Below, one piece after another: positions 1-7,520 of a stretch of 32,000 nt of DNA. Each line of letters opens with the position of its first letter. Position 1 is the stretch's first letter. The DNA is taken from NCBI RefSeq assembly GCF_003367075.2, contig NZ_CP065936.1, positions 2,250,001 through 2,282,000 on the forward strand, given 5' to 3'. The notes beneath the pieces are model-generated. The model made no database searches. It saw only the letters and a list, made by a program, of their open reading frames with translations, and was not told the origin of the DNA. The DNA comes from Cylindrospermopsis raciborskii Cr2010 (GTDB lineage: Bacteria; Cyanobacteriota; Cyanobacteriia; Cyanobacteriales; Nostocaceae). Made by a program: the position numbers and the translations under genes.

Positions 1-759
1 TGCTAGTAATTCCTTGATCATTCTTTCAGGAGGTGGTTGCATAAATTTGGTGGCAACTTCTCGGCGAGAAATTTTGGCAATTACTTTATTTTTGATTTGA
101 ATTTGGTGATTAGCATCTAAACTTAAACCAGCAATTCGATAATAAACAATATTGGGAGTTAGATCTAAAAATGCCGAAGCTTCAACCGTGTGAACTGCAT
201 ATTTTAAGTATAATTCTACAGCCCGTCTTTCTATTTTTGGTTCGTTAGGACTGTGAATTAGGTTGAAACAATAGGGACCGTTAGGTAGAGCAGCTTGTAT
301 TTTTTGAATAGCTATTTCCAGTCTTTCTGGTGACAGTCCGCCCGAACCAAAGGAACCCAAAAGTCTTTGCTGGCCTAAAGCAATTATCATCTCTTCTGAT
401 GCTATTCCCCCCGCCATAGCACCTGTCATATAGGCACATTTAACATTGTGGATTTTCAAAAAAGTGGGATCACCAAATTGTTCTACTGTTAATGGTGGCA
501 ATGATACTAATAGCTGGTTGGGTTCCGATGGAATATTATAATTTGAGGTTATATAGCCATCATTACTAACACCTATTTCACCTGCTACTTTAAGAATATG
601 ACAGGGTTTTTCTAGGGTTAGCAATTTTTGCTTGATGGCAGTTTGCTCAAATTCAACGCAGTCTGTTGAACCTTTCCAGTTGTGGTTATGATGGGGAGCG
701 GTTTTTAAAAATGCTAGTCCGTTGTTTGGTTTGTTCAGTACCGTATTAAATGTTGTCAC
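1..759 (-). CDS. hglC: PfaD-type FMN-dependent enoyl reductase of the HGL polyketide synthase (N-terminal 253 aa; gene runs off the left edge)
   Basis: Edge ORF, absent from the ORF track. My own minus-strand translation from GTG at 757-759 is open in frame to position 1: VTTFNTVLNKPNNGLAFLKTAPHHNHNWKGSTDCVEFEQ...HNVKCAYMTGAMAGGIASEEMIIALGQQRLLGSFGSGGLSPERLE...PYCFNLIHSPNEP. The YMTGAMAGGIAS, GSFGSGGL and FNLIH blocks are typical of PfaD/trans-acting PKS enoyl reductases. AAGGA lies about 10 nt upstream of the GTG. Symbol from its position after hglD (remembered Anabaena synteny). Confidence 0.8.
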   Translation of the reverse strand, partial: MTTFNTVLNKPNNGLAFLKTAPHHNHNWKGSTDCVEFEQTAIKQKLLTLEKPCHILKVAGEIGVSNDGYITSNYNIPSEPNQLLVSLPPLTVEQFGDPTFLKIHNVKCAYMTGAMAGGIASEEMIIALGQQRLLGSFGSGGLSPERLEIAIQKIQAALPNGPYCFNLIHSPNEPKIERRAVELYLKYAVHTVEASAFLDLTPNIVYYRIAGLSLDANHQIQIKNKVIAKISRREVATKFMQPPPERMIKELLA

Positions 760-852
760 GGTAATTTTTTCCTTAATTAATGGGCAATTTATGACATATA
801 GATGGGGATAGTTCATAGTCTGGGTTATAATCCAGACTATATACTGAAAAAA

Positions 853-3800
853 TTATTTTTCTTGATCTATCAACAATTTTTCAGCACAAGCTAATTGCAT
901 TTTAATTATTTCGCTCATTTGCTGGCTGAAATCTTTTCTAGCTTCTAGAAAATCACTGTGTGCTTTTATCAATTTGGTGTTGTTACTCGTGAATTTTTCA
1001 TACTGGGCTATCTTGAAATCATTCATGGGAATTATATGCTTCACTTGTTTAGAGGTTACTTTGGGGGTTTCTTTGCAAGGTAGTTGTGAAAAGTTTAGTT
1101 GCTCTTCATGATTTAAATGGTCATCTATGATAGTTTTCACAGAATTTTTTTCCGGTTTACCATAAATTTCCTGGGGGGAGATTTGGTATGCTGGTTGGAG
1201 AGAGTTGATAATTTTAACATCCAAGTCCTTGGTAAAGAGTTGCAGATCTTGCTGATTATATTTTGAGAACAGTTGACGATGATCTGTCTGTAAAATTTGA
1301 TCGGTAATGGATTTACCACCCAGAGTAATTTTCTTGAGTGCTGATTTGTTGGTTTGTTGAGTATCTAAAGAAAGATCATACAGGGAAGAAAGATCTAATT
1401 TTACCCCATGACTAATCAGTTTTGCCAAGGCTTTAACTAAGGATGTGTGATCATCTATCCCACGGCGGTTTAAAGATATGGTAATATGTTCCCGTTTGTC
1501 TAATACTTTATCTATCCACCGTGAACAAATACCACCAGCTCCAGCTTCGATAAATACTTTTGCTCCATCTTCATAAACTCGATTTACCAAGCGAGGAAAA
1601 TCAAGTTGTTGACATAATCCTTTGGCAATACTATGGGCAATAGTTTCGCTCTCTAATGCTATGGGTTGATATTCTGCTGCTGAGTAGCAGATAATCCCAG
1701 AAATTGCCTGAGCTGGTAAGTTATGAATTCGATATAGCTCCGGGTATTCTGACTCCATAGTCGGCGCATGAATCACATGATCAAATGGTGCTAAAAAGGC
1801 GTTACAACCCAGTTTACTAATCACTCTTTCACAAGCTAGGGGTTCGCCAGCTATTAATACTTCTTGCGAGGTGTTGATTTGAGTGAGGTAAACCCGATTT
1901 TCTGTTTTTAAAACTTCCCTGACTTGATCAGCAGTGGTCATTAAAACATAATTAGCCCATAATTTCTCATGTTCTGGAGAGTTTTTGTTTATTCCCCAAT
2001 ACTCTCGCACTGCGTTCTTCGGTCCTGATAGTCTATCACCAAATAATGATGATGAGTTGAATGTATTACTTGCTTTATAGCAATCACTCCAAATCCCCTG
2101 GGCAACCATCATACTGGTTTCCCCCAAACTATAGCCAAACATATATTTGGGTGTGATTTGAAAGTCTTCTGTGAGAATGTTGGTGATAAATCTAGTAAAC
2201 AGAATTTCTGCTTCCAACATTGCCAGGGAATCATCCAGCAATTTCTTTTCTAGGTTTTCTAATTCCCTAATTTCCAGTTTCCTCAAACTTCTAGGAAACA
2301 CTAGTTTCTCAACATCCGCTGCTCGTCGGTATAGAGTTTTGATAACTGTGTCATCAAAGGCTTTGGGAAATAATCGAAATAAGGTTCTACCAATTCCTAC
2401 ATAAGTGTTGACAGCAGCAGGGTAAACAAAGGCAACTTCACCATTTTTTCCCAAGGGTTTAGGTGTGAAGTAACTACCTATTGGTGTTGCCCAATCTTTT
2501 TTATTTATGAAGGCGTCTGTTATACCCTTTTTGGCAGAGTTGATTTCTTTGAGTACTTCTTTTTGGTTGCGTCCAGTGATGGATAGGGTATAATTGGCGG
2601 AAGATTGTTTTTGAAAACCGCTAAATGTTTCACTGGCTACCTTTGACAAGCACTCGCCATTCTCAAGGGTTTTTTCTAGGTTATTTAAGGCGGTAATTAG
2701 ACTGGTTTCACTGTCTCCAGAAATAGGAAAGAGATGATAGGGTCGGGATTCTAAATATTTACTAGGACGTGGTTCCTGTTGGATTTCTTCCGACAGCAAA
2801 ATATGAGCAAAGGAACCATCACAACCCATACTATTAATGGCAGAAATTCGACATTTTACTTCTTTTTGTAAGAACCAAGGTCGAGATTCTGTTGCAACAT
2901 AGAAGGGACTCCCTTCCCACATCTGAGGGTTTTTCACGCCTGACCATTTGGGAGTTCCAGGTATATATTTATAATAGAGACTTAAAGCAGTTTTAATCAA
3001 ACTAGCAATACCGGAAGCAACAAAGGTATGACCTATGTTTGCTTTGATGCTACCTAGGGCACAGTGTAGACCATTACCAACATAAGGATAAGCTGCTAAT
3101 ATTCCCTCAATTTCTGCTGTGTCTTCCTGGGGTATTCCACTACCAGAAACCTCTAAGTAGTTAATTTCTTCGGGTTTAATTCCAGCTTGTGTAAATGCTT
3201 TTTTACAAACATCGCTAATAGTTCTGCTATCTATAGCCATGGAAGGGGACTGTCCAATACTTAAAGCTTCAACTACTGCGTAAATACGTTGTTTATTTTT
3301 TAATGCCGTATCCTGTCTTTGCAAAACTACTGCACCTGCACCTTCCCCCACGTTCCAACCATTAGCATTTTGATCAAAACTTAGGGTATTTACACCCGTA
3401 TTTATTTTGCCAAATTGACTTCTCAAGAGGACATTTTCTACCCCACCAGCTAGGTCAACTGCACCTACAACTACTGCTGTTACCTCCTCAGTAGCTAATA
3501 GCATTTCCGCTAATTCTAAAGCCTTAAAAGTAGCAGTTTCTACCGCACTAATGGTAAAAGATGGTCCAGAGAAATTCCATAGGGAAGAAACCCGACTGGC
3601 CATGGTATTACCCACGTAACTGATATACTCTGCAATCTCAACTGGATGGTGAATACTATCCTGGACTATAGTTTCTAAATGGGAGATTTTTTCTGGACTT
3701 AGGGGAATTTCAGCTCCATTTACCCCATCTTTAATTTGCCAAGATAAATTCCATCTTTGTTCTAGTTGGTGGACTGATAATTCTGTTTCCGCAGCGATAA

Positions 3801-4167
3801 TTACAGCAACATTACTATTGGGCTGTATATTACTATCTTTTAATGCGCGATCGCACACCTTTAATAATAAGGTGTGTTGGGGGTTAATTTTAGTCACCTC
3901 ATTGGGAGGAATTTTATGGGATAATGTGTCAATTTCAAAATCTTGAATGTATGCGCCTTGAGGTGGTGTTCCGGTTTCTAAACCATATTGTTGCAGTAAT
4001 TCTTGGTGTTCATTAATTCCCAACCATCTAGTTTGTGGTAGAGTAATAAAATGTTGTTTTCCATCATAAATACTACTTTCAAAAGCATCCAATCCATCAC
4101 ATTCCCCAAAAAAGGCATCCATGCCTACAATTGCCATTTTTATAGTGTTATTTGCTGGCATATTCAT
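853..4167 (-). CDS. hglD: Chain-length-factor-type (inactive) ketosynthase fused to an acyltransferase domain, HGL synthase subunit
   Basis: 1104-aa ORF. The N-terminal KS fold lacks the catalytic Cys (GPSFTISAVETATFKAL where an active KS has TACSSS). The first catalytic His is also lost (EVSGSG instead of ExHGTG), while GSIKANIGHTFVASG is retained. That pattern is CLF/KS-beta type. The following AT-like domain carries GYSLGE (GHSxG-type nucleophile elbow). The start overlaps the upstream KS gene stop by 4 nt (ATGA). Confidence 0.85.
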   Translation of the reverse strand: MNMPANNTIKMAIVGMDAFFGECDGLDAFESSIYDGKQHFITLPQTRWLGINEHQELLQQYGLETGTPPQGAYIQDFEIDTLSHKIPPNEVTKINPQHTLLLKVCDRALKDSNIQPNSNVAVIIAAETELSVHQLEQRWNLSWQIKDGVNGAEIPLSPEKISHLETIVQDSIHHPVEIAEYISYVGNTMASRVSSLWNFSGPSFTISAVETATFKALELAEMLLATEEVTAVVVGAVDLAGGVENVLLRSQFGKINTGVNTLSFDQNANGWNVGEGAGAVVLQRQDTALKNKQRIYAVVEALSIGQSPSMAIDSRTISDVCKKAFTQAGIKPEEINYLEVSGSGIPQEDTAEIEGILAAYPYVGNGLHCALGSIKANIGHTFVASGIASLIKTALSLYYKYIPGTPKWSGVKNPQMWEGSPFYVATESRPWFLQKEVKCRISAINSMGCDGSFAHILLSEEIQQEPRPSKYLESRPYHLFPISGDSETSLITALNNLEKTLENGECLSKVASETFSGFQKQSSANYTLSITGRNQKEVLKEINSAKKGITDAFINKKDWATPIGSYFTPKPLGKNGEVAFVYPAAVNTYVGIGRTLFRLFPKAFDDTVIKTLYRRAADVEKLVFPRSLRKLEIRELENLEKKLLDDSLAMLEAEILFTRFITNILTEDFQITPKYMFGYSLGETSMMVAQGIWSDCYKASNTFNSSSLFGDRLSGPKNAVREYWGINKNSPEHEKLWANYVLMTTADQVREVLKTENRVYLTQINTSQEVLIAGEPLACERVISKLGCNAFLAPFDHVIHAPTMESEYPELYRIHNLPAQAISGIICYSAAEYQPIALESETIAHSIAKGLCQQLDFPRLVNRVYEDGAKVFIEAGAGGICSRWIDKVLDKREHITISLNRRGIDDHTSLVKALAKLISHGVKLDLSSLYDLSLDTQQTNKSALKKITLGGKSITDQILQTDHRQLFSKYNQQDLQLFTKDLDVKIINSLQPAYQISPQEIYGKPEKNSVKTIIDDHLNHEEQLNFSQLPCKETPKVTSKQVKHIIPMNDFKIAQYEKFTSNNTKLIKAHSDFLEARKDFSQQMSEIIKMQLACAEKLLIDQEK
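3847..3854. repeat. HIP1 octamer GCGATCGC
   Basis: Exact palindromic octamer inside hglD. It is a cyanobacterial hallmark motif. Confidence 0.9.
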
Positions 4168-5525
4168 TTGTTTACTTCCCCTTGTTCAAGAATTAAATGA
4201 GAGTTAGTTCCACCAAATCCAAATGCACTCAAAGCTGCGTATTTAGTTTCTTTAGTTGGCCAAGGTCTAGTTGTTGTGACAATGTTCTGTGGCGATACCA
4301 CACTATTTTCACAACCTATAGGTTCGCTGACATTAATAGTTGCTGGAATTAGGTTATGGGACATTCCTAAAATAGTTTTAGTGATTCCCACCATGCCAGC
4401 TGCGACCAATAAGTGACCAACATTATTTTTAGTAGATCCCACTAATGGCTGGGAATTTTTTCCCCCAAAAAAGCCTTGAATAGATTTAGATTCGGTAGTA
4501 TCTCCCAAAGGAGTACCCGTGGCATGACACTCCAAATATTGAATTTCTTGTGGGTCAAGTTTTGCTTCTTGATATGCTCTTTGATAAGCAGTATGTTGTC
4601 CTTGGAGATTAGGGCTTAAAAGATGTTTACCCTTACCATCATTAGATAAACCATTACCACAAATTGTAGCCAGAATTTTATCTCCATCTCTGACAGCTTT
4701 GTCATATCTTTTGAGCATTACCATACCGATACCTTCAGAGGTAATTAACCCCCGTGATGTTTTATCAAGAGGAAAACTACTACCATTTTCTGGGTATGCT
4801 TGTAGACCGGAAAATAACATTCTGACAAATAGAGGATCGGAAGCACTAATAGCGCCAGCTAACATTAAATCTGCTTTACCAGATTGTAGATAATAGGATG
4901 CTAATTTGATGGCATAAAATGATGATGAACAGGCTGCATCTATACAGCAATGAATTTCAGAAAGATTGAAAGCACGGGAAACCATACCAGCAGGTAACCC
5001 AGAAACCATAGCATTATATGGTGATGTTTTAGGTAGGGTTAATTTACCACCTAGATGGAAGTGTTTCTCCTGTAAAAGTTCTTGAATTGCGGGTTCAATT
5101 GTTTGATGATAAATGGGGGCAAATAATTGATTAGATGCTTTAGTAGGTAAAGCTAGAGTTCCTAAAATTACCCCACATTCCGACAGAGCAGATTGATTTC
5201 CCCAATAGCCACTATGAATAATTGCCTGTTTAGCTGCATACAGTGACCATTTGAAAGTATCATCTAGACTTTCAATAAATTCCCCGGGTAGATTATACTC
5301 ATGGGGATTAAAATCTAAATTGCGGATAAATCCACCTTTTAAAAAGTAGAATTTCTCCGGTGTACCTTTATTAGCATCATAAAATATTGAGGGATCTACT
5401 CCCAATTCATCAATACTAATATTGGCAGTTGCATCCTTTTCTTGGCTGAGATTATGCCAGAATTGGTCAGGATTATTCGCATCCGGAAAGAGACATGATA
5501 ATCCAATAATGGCTATTTTTTCCAC
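4164..5525 (-). CDS. hglG: Active beta-ketoacyl synthase (stand-alone KS), HGL synthase subunit
   Basis: 453-aa ORF with a complete KS catalytic triad context: IDAACSSSFYAIKLA (Cys), ECHATGTPLGD (His), KNNVGHLLVAAG (His). It ends FGFGGTNSHLILE. It is translationally overlapped (ATGA) with the CLF-AT gene downstream. Confidence 0.85.
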   Translation of the reverse strand: MEKIAIIGLSCLFPDANNPDQFWHNLSQEKDATANISIDELGVDPSIFYDANKGTPEKFYFLKGGFIRNLDFNPHEYNLPGEFIESLDDTFKWSLYAAKQAIIHSGYWGNQSALSECGVILGTLALPTKASNQLFAPIYHQTIEPAIQELLQEKHFHLGGKLTLPKTSPYNAMVSGLPAGMVSRAFNLSEIHCCIDAACSSSFYAIKLASYYLQSGKADLMLAGAISASDPLFVRMLFSGLQAYPENGSSFPLDKTSRGLITSEGIGMVMLKRYDKAVRDGDKILATICGNGLSNDGKGKHLLSPNLQGQHTAYQRAYQEAKLDPQEIQYLECHATGTPLGDTTESKSIQGFFGGKNSQPLVGSTKNNVGHLLVAAGMVGITKTILGMSHNLIPATINVSEPIGCENSVVSPQNIVTTTRPWPTKETKYAALSAFGFGGTNSHLILEQGEVNK

Positions 5526-5609
5526 AGTTAAATCCTCGTTTGGGTTTTTGATTAGGATTTACGCGATTCCCCAAACGTGATTACTAGATTTCTATATCTA
5601 CATTATCTG

Positions 5610-7367
5610 TTACTTCTTGCTCAACATTTTCATAGGCCAAATAACCGCTTTTGCTCCCAAAATTCGGGAGTAGATTTCTCCTGATTCACTATGCAAAATA
5701 AAGTTAGCTGTTACCCCTGTATCAGTTTTATTTTCCACTTCACAGGAAACATAAAATGGTGAATTACAAGGAATAGTTAGAAATTGTTCCCAATAAGTCA
5801 ACTGTCCTGGTAGACAGACCTGCTGATGAAAATGATTTAACCAAATCCACAATGATTGAGTACTAATATCTGTGGTGTAGGGATTATGCCATTTGACCGG
5901 AAATTGCCCCTGATCGGTTTCGGAAATTGTTTGCCAACAACACTCCACAGTGATTTTCTGTGGGTTTACATTTAGAACCCTACTAATTTCCTGGAATGCT
6001 GGACCGTGAAACAAGGAAGAATCACCATTTTGATAAAATTGTTTGCCCCTAGTAGTGATAACATTGTCCTCCTTTAGATTCAGGGACTCATAAATTGGTG
6101 CTTTTGGTATTTTCCCTACCACTGTGACAATAGCAGAGAAATGAAAATGGGTTTTACCTTGAGAATTTTTACTCAAAATTTTGGTTTGAAATTCAATTAA
6201 CTCACCATCTACTTTGGAGATTTCTTGAATTTCTAGAATGTACTCTGATCCTAATTTAGAGTTGAAAGAGATACCTTTTAGCACCTTAAATTCCCGACAG
6301 TGTAAGTAGCGATATCCCGGATAAATTTCTTCACAAGCATGAACCATCCAAGACATAGCACAAGTAGCTGGTAATACCTGTACACCTGCAATAGTATGAT
6401 CATATAAAAAGGGATTTTGCTCCAAGGTCATCCTGCGATAGATACGGTAGCTTTTCAATTCACTATCCAGGGGTGTGGGAGGTAGGTTCATTGGACTACC
6501 AATGACAACTTGGGATTGATTTTTAAACACTGGATGCAGCTCATTAACTAGCATTTGAGTACCAGTTTCCACAGGAATAATATCAATTCCTCGTTCGGTA
6601 AATGCCTTCTTTAATTGCGGTGTTACCATACCACTATCCCAACCACCCCAGTTAATAGCAACTACATGAGTTTGAGGATAATGTTTTTTAAATTGATGAG
6701 CCGATTTATTCAGAATTTCATTAGCTATAGCATAATCAGTCTGACCAATATTGCCATAAAAACCACTCACGGAAGAGAAGAGGACTAAATGCTTTAAATG
6801 CTGAGGATCACAAGAGTTAAGTATGTTTTGTAAACCCTGAACTTTGGCATTATAAACTTTTTCAAAATCGTCAGCGGTTTTCTTTTCAATTAATTTATCT
6901 GCCAAATTTCCAGCTCCGTGGATAATACCTGTAATTTTACCAAATTTTTGACAAACATCACGGAGTTTATCCTGTAAAACTTTCCCATCAGTAACATCAA
7001 CATTAATATATTCAGCTTTTGCTCCTGTTTGTTCGATTGCTGCTAAAGTCTTTTTAATTTCCCGAACAGAATTAATTTGATTGAATATTTTCTGTACCAT
7101 CATGGGTGTGGGTTTTTCACCTTGGGAGATTAAATTTTCCATGATGCGTTTTTTTAAAACGGAGTCTTCTAAGCAATCATGAGCGTAACCAGGTTCTGGA
7201 GTAATTTCTGAACGACCTAAAAGAATAAAAATGCCAGAATTACTCGAACTACCAAAATTACCAATTTGACTTTGTGCCAATTTAACCGTACACTGGGCAG
7301 TGATTCCCTTAGCTCCACCACTAACTACAAACACCGATGATGGAGGAATTTGAAAAGTTGTTATCAT
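5610..7367 (-). CDS. hglF: Ketoreductase (catalytic SDR subdomain) fused to a PKS-type hot-dog dehydratase, HGL synthase subunit
   Basis: 585-aa ORF. The N-terminus has VFVVSGGAKGITAQC (Gly-rich NADPH motif), then IHGAGNLAD and SSVSGFYGNIGQTDYAIANE (Ser...Tyr-x-x-x-Asn, KR type). The C-terminal half has LYDHTIAGVQVLPATC, which matches the PKS DH HxxxGxxxxP motif. Confidence 0.85.
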   Translation of the reverse strand: MITTFQIPPSSVFVVSGGAKGITAQCTVKLAQSQIGNFGSSSNSGIFILLGRSEITPEPGYAHDCLEDSVLKKRIMENLISQGEKPTPMMVQKIFNQINSVREIKKTLAAIEQTGAKAEYINVDVTDGKVLQDKLRDVCQKFGKITGIIHGAGNLADKLIEKKTADDFEKVYNAKVQGLQNILNSCDPQHLKHLVLFSSVSGFYGNIGQTDYAIANEILNKSAHQFKKHYPQTHVVAINWGGWDSGMVTPQLKKAFTERGIDIIPVETGTQMLVNELHPVFKNQSQVVIGSPMNLPPTPLDSELKSYRIYRRMTLEQNPFLYDHTIAGVQVLPATCAMSWMVHACEEIYPGYRYLHCREFKVLKGISFNSKLGSEYILEIQEISKVDGELIEFQTKILSKNSQGKTHFHFSAIVTVVGKIPKAPIYESLNLKEDNVITTRGKQFYQNGDSSLFHGPAFQEISRVLNVNPQKITVECCWQTISETDQGQFPVKWHNPYTTDISTQSLWIWLNHFHQQVCLPGQLTYWEQFLTIPCNSPFYVSCEVENKTDTGVTANFILHSESGEIYSRILGAKAVIWPMKMLSKK

Positions 7368-7452
7368 ATATTTCTCACTCTATTATTGAACTTAGGAGAC
7401 AGGGAACAGGGAATATATATTTTCTGGCTAAACTTATAATTCCTGGTTCCCT

Positions 7453-7520
7453 ATATAAGATGGGTTGAGGAACGAAACCTAACCTACATTCATCTTATAT
7501 TTAATTCCACCCACCTACTA
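7453..7520 (-). repeat. Truncated foldback copy (copy D) of the dispersed hairpin repeat family, in the hglE-hglF intergenic gap
   Basis: Read on the minus strand: TAGTAGGTGGGTGGAATTAAATATAAGATGAATGTAGGTTAGGTTTCGTTCCTCAACCCATCTTATAT. The left arm matches copies A-C. The hairpin loop (TCGTTCCTC) is the reverse complement of the copy C loop (GAGGAACGA). The right arm is replaced by an inverted copy of ATATAAGATG (plus strand 7453-7462 versus 7491-7500, a perfect 10-bp inverted repeat). The hglE stop codon TAG (7518-7520) sits at the element end. Confidence 0.65.

Noticed and set aside
7398-7416. Tandem heptamer ACAGGGA ACAGGGA (STRR-like short tandem repeat) upstream of hglF
   Set aside because: There are only two units, and the unit does not match the classical STRR heptamers I remember. 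That is too little to call a repeat array.
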